Position numbers and translations under genes: made by a program. DNA of 64,000 bases from Laetmonice hystrix (lineage: Eukaryota). The DNA lies in NCBI GenBank assembly GCA_965235115.1, contig OZ249440.1:32180001-32244000 (forward strand). Direction: 5' to 3'. Positions within the stretch are counted from its first letter, which is position 1, and every line of letters begins with the position of its first letter. A model generated the notes under the pieces. The model was not told the DNA's origin. It ran no database searches and saw nothing but the letters and a program-made list of their open reading frames with translations. Of this stretch, positions 13,383 to 26,046 are shown piece by piece.

Positions 13383-14513
13383 ACTGCCATCTAACGAGTT
13401 TGTCCAATCTCCCATAGCTTATATCTCTGCCACCACTTACCATTTTACGAGCTGATTCCTCACATATCAAACTCTTTCTCCAACTTTCTTAATTACCACT
13501 TATGGGAATTCTGAGCTACCCTATCTGAATAGAGGAAGGTCTAAGAAGTCCAACAAATTTATTTACAATTCAATACCCCAAATACGGAAGGAAAAATTAA
13601 AAGATAGTAGAACTATTTTTTGCGCGAAGTTATCCATTGTTTAAGAGTGGTGTAATAGGGTGTTTACTCCGGTCACCAAAACAAGGGGACTTTCCGACAT
13701 TTCGCCACTGTGACACAAGATCAATGCCTCAAAATAGCTGTATAGTCGCAAAACATGTTAAACTCGACACCTGTCGAGTCTACATATTATTTACTGAACG
13801 ATGGTGTGTGTAATGTGCCGGGATTGTCTCGAGTCGACAGCGGCCCGGGTTTTCTGGGTCATCCCGGGTTTTCTGGATCATCAGGACTAAATCCAAGAGC
13901 TGTTATTGGATGAAATTCAAGTAGCCCGTCAGCTCATGAATATTTAAATGAAGTGGTGGCAGAGATGTTATATCCAGACAGCAGTGACATCTTGCGGCAG
14001 AGAGTTTGTCACTAAGAAAAATTACGGTGTCGCGAAATGTTTTCCCAGCGAATGTTACTACTTTCTCCCACGTGACTTGTGAGGTAACTTTCTGTGTGTG
14101 GAAATTTTCATTTGGTGCTCACCATATGAAATGTCCTACTGGAAACATTTGCCATCTTTGGTATGAAGCATTTTTTGAGCCACTAAAACTCGTAGAAGAT
14201 TGTATTTAATAGAAAAATAATAATTAGAACACAATTTTTATATTTGTTTTTTTTTTGTAATCTATCATTTAAAACATAACGTCAGGGTCACCTTGAGCTC
14301 CGTTACCATGAGCGGGCCACCCCCTGCAGTCACCAGGAGTGGGCCACCCAGTTACCACCCACCCAAAGGCCCCCATAGCTAATATTTTAAGATAAAATTA
14401 AAAAAAAAAAGAACCAAATACTTATTGGGCATTAAAGTTGAGGAAAACAAACAGAAAGCATGGGCATTAGGCCTACTCTGTTTTTATTTTTTATATTTTT
14501 TTGAGTTGGGGGG

Positions 14514-14618
14514 CGGGATAAAATAGGTTCCTTTCATTTCATGGTCTTTTAACCTTGTTTTCGCCGTGAAGATGGCCCCGGATGCCGGCACGGCGGAAAA
14601 CCACCACTACTCACTCAC
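14514..14618 (+). mobile_element. 5'-truncated 3'-end stub of the same LINE with TSD
   Basis: Matches the LINE 3'UTR plus (TCAC)n tail; flanked by the direct repeat TGAGTTGGGGGG (14502-14513 and 14619-14630). Confidence 0.9.
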
Positions 14619-14752
14619 TGAGTTGGGGGGGGGGGGGGAAGATATTTGTAGGGGGAGGGTTCAATGTCCCAATCTCCCCTAAAGGATCACGCACTCACTG
14701 ATGCCCGGTCTAGTGTGAACCCACCTCAATTCTGCATGGTTCCTCTTGTCAG

Positions 14753-14917
14753 GGTGACAGTGGCGGCCCCTTGGTGTGCAGGGCAGACCCTAGCAAGCCG
14801 TACATCCTGGTTGGAGTGGCGTCGTTCGCTGGAGGTGACTGTCAAACATACTGGCCATCTGTGTATACCCGCATCTCCCACTTCGACACATGGATCCGTG
14901 CAACGGTCAGCGGATAG
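14753..14917 (+). CDS. Terminal exon of a trypsin/chymotrypsin-family (S1A) serine protease
   Basis: Pyrimidine-rich acceptor ttcctcttgtcAG, then [54 protein letters not shown] with the catalytic Ser motif and the P-x-V-Y-T-R-(I/V) motif. Too short for the ORF track. Upstream exons not found in the window. Confidence 0.92.
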   Translation, partial: GDSGGPLVCRADPSKPYILVGVASFAGGDCQTYWPSVYTRISHFDTWIRATVSG

Positions 14918-15333
14918 TCAGACTGCCTGGAACTGCGCGACGGTCAGCAGGTAGTCACAAGGACGAGAAACTGCTTGTCATTGTGCCTCTCTACACACAG
15001 TCCTGGTTTTTGGACAAGCTAGGTATACATACTGGAAACAAGCACTACACTTTTATTATATCTGAATAATACTGTGACCAGAATTACAATGTCTGTTGAT
15101 ATTTTACATCGCAGGGGCGGATCTGGGGCCTATATTCAGGGGGGGGGGGGGTCCTAGAGGGGGTCCAGCATAAAAAGGGCAAGTCGAGGGGGGGGGGGGT
15201 CCGTTGTAAAAACAAAAGGCATTTTGGTTATACCCCCTGGATCCGCCACTGCCTTCCTCCTCGTTTTAATACGTTGCATCCCTGGTCAGTGGTGTCATTT
15301 GGGCTTGATCAATCCTTGTGTTCCCTTGGCTAG

Positions 15334-15762
15334 TAGTCAGGGAATATTGCAAAAATCTGGGAACAAATTCCTTACCAAGAAATGTTTTCACCAGTGTGTT
15401 AGTAAATGTGTCTACTAACACATTTTAAAAAGTTTAAAGTCAACTCTCGTAGGAACCACGATGACAGCTGCAGAAAGTTAGGGTACCCGGAACCCTATCC
15501 GGGAAAAATTGAAAATGTTTAATTCCATCTTAATTAGCTTGTGAGGGGCCAAACTAAAGGGTTTTCATGATTCTGAATCGATTGCATACATTTTTTAATT
15601 ATATACATGTATGTGCATTACATCTCCCAGTGCCGTTCAAGGGGTGCCATACAGAATTGATGGAACGCATGTTCTATAGTATAGGGACTGATTTGATTGT
15701 ACACATTACAGGGCAGTGTGACGCTAACTATGGGGCCCTATGGAAGCACAGGAACATATATT
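15334..15762 (+). repeat. Dispersed repeat (end of a DNA transposon, begins TAGTCAGGGAAT); inverted relative at 37600-37861
   Basis: Shared blocks TCTGGGAACAAATT, GGGTACCCGGAACCCTAT and GGGCCCTATGGAAGCACAGGAACAT; the left copy has ~170 extra bp. Confidence 0.75.
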
Positions 15763-16579
15763 AAAAAGGCAATGGCTGCTGCCAAAGTACCAATCAAAAT
15801 ACAGTATTTCTACTTTGGCAGCAACAAGCCAGGGTAATTGCTGCCAAAGTACCAATGGGCGACTGGCTTACAAACTGCTTGTTGCCTGATCCTACCAAAG
15901 TACTTTGGAAGCAAGAAACATGTACACGGTCAACTCGGGGTTGATGCATGTAACAAAGTACTGTGTCCACATTATAAAGCCACACGATTGTGCAGAAGAC
16001 CGTGGGCTTCAGTATCAAAGTACTTTGTCAGCAACTTTATCAGGAACTCTTATTGCACATGTGGACGACGAACTTTGTCTGGAAGCGCTGTTACCAAAGT
16101 CTATGGGTACACTGCACTGAAGTGTGAAAGCACAAAAGTTGTTAGGGGACGTTCAGACTATTACCGCGTTATATCAGTGGCGGATCCGGGGGTAGGGAGT
16201 TAACCCCCTAGCCAATTTTGTCTTTTTTTCACCATTGAACAGTCTTAATTGTCCATGACTACTCCCCTCCCCCAGAAAATTCTTCCCTTAACCCCGCCCC
16301 CTTCCTAAATCCCGCATCCGCCCTGTATCAATACGGGTTTTAATACCAAAGTAGGCCTACTTTGACAGGGAAAAGTGTGATTAGGCCTATACTACAATTT
16401 CTAAGCATGACCTACTGAGCCAACGTCCTTTTTGTCTGGAAACATGAAATCTCTGGACCTGAGATTTAGTCAAAGAACGTATACCGGGGGGAAGAACGTC
16501 AACTAAGGCCGCATCGCGTCCCAGATTCGACTGCAGCGCCCCTCTGCGGGGAGTGTTAAACAACAGAGAGGTCAACACA

Positions 16580-19500
16580 ATGTCGTCAGGAGAACGGGCT
16601 GCGCTTTGGCGCAGCAAGTGGAAGAGCGGCTATGGCACACAGTGTGCCGCTTTTTGGTGTAGAAATTACACGGGGACGGCCGAAATATCTTTTTTCTGCT
16701 TTCCAAAAGATGAAGAGAGGTACGTTCATTAAATTTTCTGTCAAATTCACTGATTGAACAGATTGACCCACCGAGCGATAATGGGGGTACCGGTCTTTTC
16801 GTAAACAAGACGTTTCGTCGATTTTAGGTCGTTTCTGTATAGAGATCTACGGCATACTAGTTCATTTACCCTAGCGCCAGAATATAATAGCATGTCTTTA
16901 GGATGCCTCTATCAGTATCAGTATGGCACTGATTGCTATGATTTCCGATCATCATTATGGCTTTATGCCTGCCCAACACAACACAACTGGGGGGGGGGGG
17001 CGTCACAGCACAGCCAGAGCAGCCAGAGGCAGAGGTGTCAAGAGAAGTTACCAACCAAACCAAGAACTTGAAGAAAGGGCTGGCAGAGCTCTGGGGTAAA
17101 TCTAGTATATATAGCCTAGGCCTAGATCTAAATATAATACATGTGATGTAATATGGGCAGTAATAACTTCAGTCTCGACAGAGGTGAGATATCATTAACA
17201 TGCAGCCAGAAGGGTTTGGCTCACAGACCTGATGCATCCAGCAGGAAACAACTGTTTACGAAACGACCCGTCTGGTATTCGATATACTGGACTTAGCCTT
17301 GGCTTAGCGGTTTAGTTATCTGGACAATTTAATAATTAACACTAACGTCACTACCCTAGGCCTATGTCTTTCCCTTCTAATCTATGTTATTGTATATAGT
17401 CTAATAATAAAATTCCAAGCAGTCTGGAAATGTAGAACTGTAAATTCTCCCCATTTTTCTATCAGATGTGCCAAGTGGGTGCAAAACACACGGCGGGAGG
17501 ATCTAAGGGGGAAAAAGAGTGCAGACCTGAAGCATTACAAGCTGTGCAGCGTGCACTTCGAAGACTCACAGTTTATGAACCCACAGCAAAAGTAAGTAGA
17601 TCTATAGGCAACGGAATTAAATCTACCAGTTTTGTAATGTAAAAAAAATTGAAGAGATTTTTTGTGGATCCTGATTTTACTTCTGTACGTGATATGCTTC
17701 AAGTCTACATTCAGTACTTTGTTACTGATGTCTGGACATTTATTTTTAAACTGATTTGTTCTTCTTGGACAGAAACAAACTTGTTTGGAATGCTCTTCCA
17801 ACAATCATCAATGTTCCAAATCCACCTGCACAGTTAACCAGTAAAAGGAAAGCTCCATCAGCCAGACAGAAATTGCCTTTAAAAAAGAGGTGTTTGCTGA
17901 AAGAAGAAACAGCTACCACTATTTCAACTTCTAATGGTAAAGACAATTTACCAAATGAAGTCTTCCCAGATGTTGATAATCTGTTGCAATTCATATTTCA
18001 GATCTATATTTCAGACATGCAATTGTAATACAAAGATATTTAATAAAGTACCGTAGGAAAATATTGCAATGGACCTATTATAAAAATATTTCCTGATTTC
18101 ATTTTATTTCCTTTTATTCAATTATTTAAAAATTACCAGTATATTTTTTGTAATGCAGATGTTCCAAATGCGAGGACACAGGAGGATACACCAAGGAAGA
18201 AAAGGTTGAGAGCATGTAAAGAACGTCTCAGAAAGAAATGTCAGCGCTTGACAAAAGAAATTGAAAAGGTAAAAAAGTGTAAGTCAGTAAAAACAGCAAA
18301 ACAACAGGCTATTGAGACAGCATCAAAGTTCCTGTCTGGGTCATCTTTGGAGTTCTTTAAGACTCAAATAGTACTGTCAGGCAAAAAGAAAAAAGGTCAT
18401 CGTTATTCAGAACATATCAAAATGTTAGCTCTGTCCCTGTATCACACGAGCCCAAAATGCTATAAAATGTTGAGGAAGCTTTTTTCCCTCCCATGCTTGA
18501 GTTCTCTGAAGACGTACATGAGCAGGGTTGAACTCCAACCTGGCTTTCACCAACAAATTATAGATGGTTTAAAATTAAAGATAAGTAGCATGAAATCATC
18601 AGCCAAACTGTGTGCAATTGTCTTTGATGAGATGGCTATAAAAGAATCTTTGTCCTATGACGTAAGCCAGGATTGTGTTGAAGGCTTGGAGGACTTTGAT
18701 TGCTCAGGAAAAACAAAGTATGTTGCTAACCATGCAAGTGTGTTTATGGTCAGAGGGCTGGTCGAAAAATGGAAGCAACCTGTGGGCTATTTTCTTTCCA
18801 GTGGCCCGATGTCACCACATATCATGCAATCACTGCTTTTGGAATGTATCAACAAACTACAGTCTGCCGGTCTCATAGTTAAAGTTGTGATTTGTGACCA
18901 AGGTAGTAATAACCGGTCAATGCTGAAAATGCTTGGTGTATCACTTACTCAGCCTTTCTTTACCTACAACAGTTCTACAATATACTGCCTACATGATCCC
19001 CCTCATCTCTTGAAAAATATCCGAAACAACCTTAAAAAGTCTGGATATCTTGTAGGAAATGATGCAGTGTCATGGACTCATATTGACAAATTCTATTCAA
19101 TGGACTCGAACATGCCCATCAGGATGGCACCAAAACTGTCGGCAAAGCATATAAATTTACCACCCTTCAGTGCAATGCGTGTCAAGTTAGCTGCTCAGGT
19201 TTTAAGTCACTCTGTTGCTGCTGGAATCACAACATTATGTAGCTTTGGCAAGCTTGCTCCTGATGCTATCTACACTGCACACTTTCTTGAGAAAATGGAT
19301 AGCTTGTTCAATGTATTTAATAGTTCAAGTGTTTTTAATGCTAATAAGCTGAAGCGAGCGATGACAAAAAAAGATGACCACAGTGATTTTCTAGATAGCA
19401 CCTTGCAATGGCTAGACACTGTCAAATCTCCAAAAAGATCTACCTTGCCTTGCATAGAGGGATGGAAGTTGTCCATTGTGGCTTTAAGGAAATTGTGGGA

Positions 19501-21627
19501 AGAACTGACGACCACATATGACGTCCAGTTTTTGTTAACAAACAGACTGAACCAAGATTGCCTCGAGAACCTTTTTTCAATTATTCGGGGGCGTGGTGGT
19601 CATCGAGACAACCCCAATGCAGTCCAATTTCGAGCTGCCTATAGAACAGTGTCAGTTGACTTTCTTTTTGTCAAAACCTCCAGCAGTAACTGTGAGAATG
19701 ATGTAGACTCTTTCATACTTAAGCTGGGTAACATATCAAATGCGAGGACAAAAACATTAAACAAGGTACACAAATTTCGAAAGAGAAAAGGTGCTTGATG
19801 AGGACCTTCAAGCTGTTGCTCGCACCCCTCTTCAATTTTCAGTGTTTGAGGATAACATTCTAGTGTATATAGCTGGCTATTTGGCTCACAAGGCATATCG
19901 CAAATTTTCCTGTTTAGATTGTTATAAGATGTGGCAGGACACAGACAAAGTCCTCACGGAACAAAACACCTTCATGAAATACAAACAGTACCAGTATTGT
20001 CATGAATCTGGAGGTGGACTGTATTTCCCCAGTGATTCCTTGATCAGTTATGTGTCTCATCTTGAAAAACTGTTTCGAACTGTTTCCAATGTCTTCCACA
20101 CAAAAGGTTTGGTGTCAAAATACATGTCACTTGTAAAGCCCCAGTCCCACCAAAGCCGATTGTACGACGTTCTATGCCGTTCTATCAAGATCTGAAATTT
20201 AGTTTAAGTCGTGATGAATCGTGATAAAATCACGACAACCCGAAGAGCTAGCTACGAATCTATCATGTTCTATCCCGACATCGGCCCGACCTTCCCGACA
20301 GCGCAACGACTACAGCAACGTTCATTGCCGACCTATGCAGATTGAGCTTCGACCTATCAAGATCCCGGGCCGATGTATGGCGACCTATACCAAGATTGAC
20401 AAACGATGTAGCAACGTTCTATGCCGTGCCCCAGCCGAGCTACGACCTGTCCCGATGACACCAGGTCTAGATCAGGGCTAAAGCCACAGTCCCACCAAAG
20501 CCGAATTAGCTACGACGTGTCACGATCTGATAAATCGTGTAGAATCGGGAAAGGTCCTAACTCGGTCGTACAGTAGTCTTGATAGATCCTCATAGGTCGG
20601 GATAGGCCACGATTGCACCCCGACAATTTTAAACTGTTCAAAACAATCGGCATTGGTCGGGAAAAAGCTCAAATCGGGGATATACCGTAGGTCAAACGTT
20701 GCTCAGTCGGGGGACAATCGGGATAGTTCGTTGTTCAGTCCTGGTTGATCGTAGGACAATCGCCAGACATTTCCTAGAAGATCTAGCCCTGAAGTCATCG
20801 GGACAGGTCGTAGCTCGGCTGGGGCTCAGACGGCATAGAACGTTGCTACATCGTTGGTCAAACATCGGGTCGGGTTCTTGATAGAACGTAGCTCAATCTG
20901 CATAGGTCGGCAGAGCACGTTGCTAAGTTGTTTCTCGGTCGGGAAGATCCGGGGATGTCGAGATAGAACATGATAGCACGCGGCGTGATCGTTGAGAGAT
21001 CTTTGGAAAACCGTTGCCCAGTCGCCGTTGAACGTGACAATTCGTAGCTAGGTCTTCGGGTTGTCATTATTTCATCACGATTCATCACGACTTAAAATAA
21101 ATTTTAGATCGTGATAGAACGGCGTGGAACGTAGTACAATCGGCTTTGCTGGGACTGGGGATTAATTTTCTGGCAATTGTCCTACGATAAACCAGGACTG
21201 AACAACGAACTATCCCGATTGTTCCCCGACTATATTCCCGACTGAGCAACGTTTGACCTACGATATAGCCCCGATCTGAGCTTTTTCCCGACCAATGCCG
21301 ATTGTTTTGAACAGTTCAAAATTGTCGCGACCTATGAGGATCTATCAAGACTACTCTACGACCGAGTTAGGACCTTTCCCGATTGTACACGATTTATCAG
21401 ATCGTGACACGTCGTAGCTAATTCGGCTTTGGTGGGACTGGGGCTTAAATGATGCCTCTGACTTCCCATCCCATCCGTTCCCATCTTCATGTGAAAACTG
21501 CTGTAAATATATAGTGAAGTTATTCTTTGTAGTAAGGATACATCACTTTTTAAGGGAACAGAATAGACAATTCCAGTTACCTGGTGGTAAAAGGAATAGA
21601 AAAGTGATGAAGCTATTACATGTTTAA
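16580..21627 (+). pseudogene. Spliced THAP-domain P-element transposase; exons 16580-16719, 17466-17591, 17773-17936, 18159-21627 (frameshift ~19790; MITE at 20137-21445)
   Basis: GT-AG introns join in frame: CAAFWC..SFFCFPKDEER / CAKW..LCSVHF / ALPTI (THAP); then FDEM, CDQGSNN, DPPHLLKNIRN, NQDCLENLFS, YIAGY..CLDC. The frame resumes after the MITE and ends RNRKVMKLLHV*. Confidence 0.92.
20137..21445. mobile_element. PIF/Harbinger-type MITE containing an inverted copy of itself (inner copy 20482-21162)
   Basis: TIR AGCCCCAGTCCCACCAAAGCCGA; TAA TSD for both the outer (20134-36, 21446-48) and inner (20479-81, 21163-65) copies. Confidence 0.92.
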
Positions 21628-22404
21628 AGGGATACATTGGAAAATTTACCTGATTACATGGTGAATAACTTCTTCTTGTTAGGATGTGAAACTTATGGCT
21701 CTTTCTCTTTGTACAGACAACTGCCAGAGATACACGACGACAGGATAGTAGGTATTTCATATATCGCTGGCTGAGAGCAAAAATATTGTTTCGAGAATTG
21801 GCATTATTGCTTAAAACTTTCATTTTCTGGAGATACAATATTCTGCAACACATTATACCACTTTAACTGTTTTGTACATATAGATACAATATAGCTGCAC
21901 CGATGCATATTCATGAGACCTATTAAATGTTCCATTAAACCAATTTGCAGATACAATATTCTTGCTCTCAGACAGCGATATGGTGGAATATGTAATTGCA
22001 CTTGCAAACCATCTGGTTTGAGAATTTGGTGTTTGGAAACGTGAGTAATATCATGTCTTTACTTGCATGTGATAGGAAGTAGATAAGTATATAATCTGTG
22101 CCTGTTGATGGGTACTACATAATCAGTATACCTGCTTAACATTTCCTCCCTTTTTTCATTACTTTTTTAGTGCCTACTACACTAGTGATAAGCATGACCC
22201 CTTTTAAAATCCCTCCTTTCTTTACGCTCCTGCCTCTGCCTTGGGTTCTGGAATGACCTTTTTCTTTTGCATGCATGAAATATATAGTGAAGTTTGATGT
22301 CAATTTGTTGTCGTTGAAGCCCTTGCGTTCTGGAATGACCTGCTAATACCTTGGCTTTATTTTTCCTGCATGAGATATTAGTAAGTGTGGTTTGATGTTT
22401 GATT

Positions 22405-22415
22405 TAATTATTATC

Positions 22416-22449
<34 letters not shown>

Positions 22450-22525
22450 CTTATTATATTATTATTATTATTATCATTATTATTATCATTATTATTATCA
22501 TTATTATTATCATTATTATTATTTA
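22405..22525. repeat. (TTA)n microsatellite inside the P element
   Basis: Imperfect ATT/ATC trinucleotide run. Confidence 0.95.
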
Positions 22526-23964
22526 ATTTGCTATATTGGACACATCATTATTCAGGCAATAAACCAATGTAAGTGCTTTTCAGAGATGGATCACGAGGGT
22601 ATGCTGTGGAAATGAGATCTATTATTGCTTTGTTCTGAATTTTTCTTCTGAATATTCTTCGAATGAGATATTTAACATAATTGAAATGTATATATCACAT
22701 GACATGTATATTTTGTAAGAAGATTCCTCACCCATAAATGCTGATGCAGTTACAAAACATCTAGCCATTTATTGCAGACAGTGATGCACCTGTTTTAGTG
22801 TTTACAGGACTTTTGTATCAATAAAGCGATTAATAACTACTGTAACGAGTGTTTGCCTTCCTTACTTTAAACAATTCTGTGTTAGCAGTGGGTTTTGAAA
22901 TCCATTAGCCATGGCATGGGGTAACCCCAGTTAATATTGTTCAATTTTTATTAGAAGGCCATCAAAATTCTATTTATTTATGATTATGGACAAAGTTTAA
23001 GTATCGCACTGTTATTATATTTTATATTGTGGATGAAAATAGGCCTGTAGCACCCTCACTGGTATAAGCCCCCTCCCCCTATCCTTAGACTTAGTAAATT
23101 AAAAGAAGCTGGAACTACCGTCTAGACGTAGTAGACACCATACACTAGACCATAGTCATAGACGTCCCTTTAGTGCTTTACGTCTATGACTACCTACCTA
23201 TTTTCGCCTAATTATCGCCCATTGCTACGCCGACACACGGGGCTGTATGGTGATTTGGAAGGACACTTCCAGGTTTAAGGGACAGAAAATGCGTTGCTTT
23301 GCCTGCATTTTCGAACGAGGTGAATGGCAGCCCGAAGATAGACATTACACGCCCATTATTTTTAATCAATCGGCAAGTCCGTATCTTGGTACAGCTTGGC
23401 AAGTCTTGCGCAATGACGTTAGGCTTGTTTAACACTCGCCGCCAGATGGCGCTGCCGGCGCAGCTGGGACATTGCGGCCATAGCGTGTTGGCCTTCTTCC
23501 CCCCGGTATACGTTCTTTGATTTAGTTTTGACACACTTTTTCATGACACACAGGGACATTTTCGATGGCGAAGTACTTTGTCAGGTGACGCTGTCTTAAC
23601 GTGACGTTTATTGACAGAATAAAGTCAGGAAGTCAAGTGGTACTATATTTTGAACATGAGGTTTATTGCCAACGACCTTTCACATTGGACATAGAGAATT
23701 TCAACTGTCGGTGTGGAGAAAATCTTAGGTGTAAAAGCAAAAGGTATACTCGTAGTTTGCTGACATAGTCAAGGTAATGTAGGCCTACTTATATACATGT
23801 AGGCCTATATAATTTGGAGATGCCAATTAACATGCGAAACTGTGTAACCCTGAAAAAAAGCCTTTCAGAACTTCTTTCGCGAGTTACAGTAAAACAGCCT
23901 GCGGTAATTTGGCCTGAATCTGTATAGTAATATGGAACACTTGGAAAAAGTGGACACCAGTGGC

Positions 23965-24512
23965 AACAGTAATTTGGTAATCGCAAAGCAGCCTAACCCC
24001 CTACCCCTTGCTGCCACAGTACTTTGGTAGTAGCAAAACAGCCTAACCCCCTACCCCTTGCTGCTTCAGTACTTTGGTAATAGCAAAGCAGCCTAACCCC
24101 CTACCCCTTGCTGCCCCAGTACCTTGGCAATAACAATGCAGCCTAACCCCTACCCCTTGCTGCCACAGTACCTTGGCAATAATAATGCAGCCTAACCCCC
24201 TACTGCCACAGTACCTTGGCAATAACAATGCAGCCTAACCCCCTACCCATTGCTGCACCATTACTTTGGCAATAACAATGCAGCCTAACGCCCTACCCCT
24301 TGCTGCCACAGTACCTTGGCAATAACAATGCAGCCTTACCCCCTATCCCTGGCTGCCACAGTACCTTGGTAATAGCAAAGCAGCCTAACCCCCTACCTCT
24401 TGCTGCCACAGTACTTTGGTCATAGCAAAGCAGCCTAACCCCCTACCCCTTGCTGCCACAGTACCTTGGCAATAACAATGCAGCCTAACCCCCCGCCCCT
24501 TGCTGCCACAGT
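23965..24512 (-). repeat. 50-bp tandem satellite array (~11 units)
   Basis: Reverse complement of the unit TTGTTATTGCCAAAGTACTGTGGCAGCAAGGGGTAGGGCGTTAGGCTGCA. Confidence 0.95.
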
Positions 24513-24934
24513 AACAATTTGTTAACCGATGTTGTCAGCTTTGGTTTCCGTTGTCTAAGCTGTTCACATTGATAATGAAACCAGACATGACAATTGTCGT
24601 ACTGGATTTTTTTGGGCGCGGCCAGTCCCTGTGCAGTCCCTCGCTCCACAGTCATTTGAATGGTTCGGCCAAGAACTGCTGGTACGTAGTCTGGTACGTG
24701 GAGCTGCGTGAGTGATGGAGGTGCCACTCCTCTCACGAGTGCATCTGCATTCTGAATTAACAAGAATGTCGACACTCATCAATAAATCAATTTCATTTTT
24801 ACCAAATTGATCAGTCTCTTTGCCATAAATGGTAAAGTTTATGGTTACAGTGCAAGTAATCAAAGAGTCTATCAATTTTAACTGAAATGACAGATGGCAT
24901 GGTTTCTGATTAGATATTACCAAGGTAATGTGAG

Positions 24935-26046
24935 AGCAAGGGGCAGGGCGTTAGGCTGTATTGTTATTGCCAAGGTACTGTGGCAGCAAGGGGTAGGGGG
25001 TTAGGCTGCATTGTTATTGCCAAAGTACTGTGGCAGCAAGGGGAAAGGCATTAGGCTGTATTGTTATTGCCAAGGTACTGTGGCAGCAAGGGGTAGGGCG
25101 TTAGGCTCTATTGTTATTGCCAAGGTACTGTGGCAGCAAGGGGCAGGGCGTTAGGCTGCATTGTTATTGCCAAAGTACTGTGGCAGCAAGGGGAAAGGCG
25201 TTAGGCTGTATTGTTATTGCCAAGGTGCTGTGGCAGCAAGGGGTAGGGCGTTAGGCTGCATTATTATTGCCAAAGTACTGTGGCAGCAAGGGGCAGGGCG
25301 TTAGGCTGCATTGTTATTGCCAAGGTACTGTGGCAGCGAGGGGCAGGGGGTTAGGCTGTATTGTTATTGCCAAGGTATTGTGGCAGCAAGGGGAAGGGCG
25401 TTACGCTGCATTGTTATTGCCAAAGTACTGTGGCAGCAAGGGGCAGGGCGTTAGGCTGCATGGTTATTGCCAAGGTACTGTGGCAGCAAGGGGCAGGGGG
25501 TTAGGCTGTATTGTTATTGCCAAAGTAACTGTGGCAGCAACGGGTAGGGGGTTAGGCTGCATTGTTGTTGCGAAAGTACTGTGGCAGCAAGGGGTAGGGC
25601 TTAAGGCTGCATTCTTATTGCCAAAGTACTGTGGCAGCAAGGGGCAAGGCGTTAGGCTGGATGGTTATTGCCAAAGTACTGTGGCAGCAGGGGGTTAGGC
25701 TGTATTGTTTTTGCCAAAGTAACTGTGGCAGCAAGGGGTAGGGGGTTAGGCTGCATTGTTATTGCCAAGGTACTGTGGCAGCAAGGGGTAGGGCGTTAGG
25801 CTGCATTGTTACTGCCAAAGTAATGTGGTAGCAAGAGGTAGGGGGTTAGGCTGCATTGTTATTGCCAAAGTACTGTGGTAGCAAGGGGTAGGGCGTTAGG
25901 CTGCATTGTTATTGCCAAAGTACTGTGGCAGCAAGAGGTAGGGCTTAAGGCTGCATTGCTATTGCCAAAGTACTGTGGCAGCAAGGGGCAAGGCGTTAGG
26001 CTGCATTATTATTGCCAAAGTACTGTGGCAGCAAGGGGTAGGGCGT
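24935..26046 (+). repeat. 50-bp tandem satellite array (~22 units), inverted relative to 23965-24512
   Basis: Clear 50-nt periodicity with no unique spacers. Confidence 0.95.

Larger units (their letters stand above)
16471..23519 (+). mobile_element. Full-length P-element superfamily (THAP9-type) DNA transposon
   Basis: Perfect 26-bp TIR CAAAGAACGTATACCGGGGGGAAGAA with imperfect extension to ~95 bp; 7-bp TSD ATTTAGT (16464-16470 and 23520-23526); internal transposase gene. Confidence 0.95.

Noticed and set aside
18206..19798. Domesticated host THAP9 gene
   Set aside because: Flanked by perfect TIRs and a TSD, and carries disabling lesions.
23965..26046. CRISPR-like array
   Set aside because: Units are contiguous 50-bp tandem repeats with no unique spacers, no cas genes, and the context is eukaryotic.
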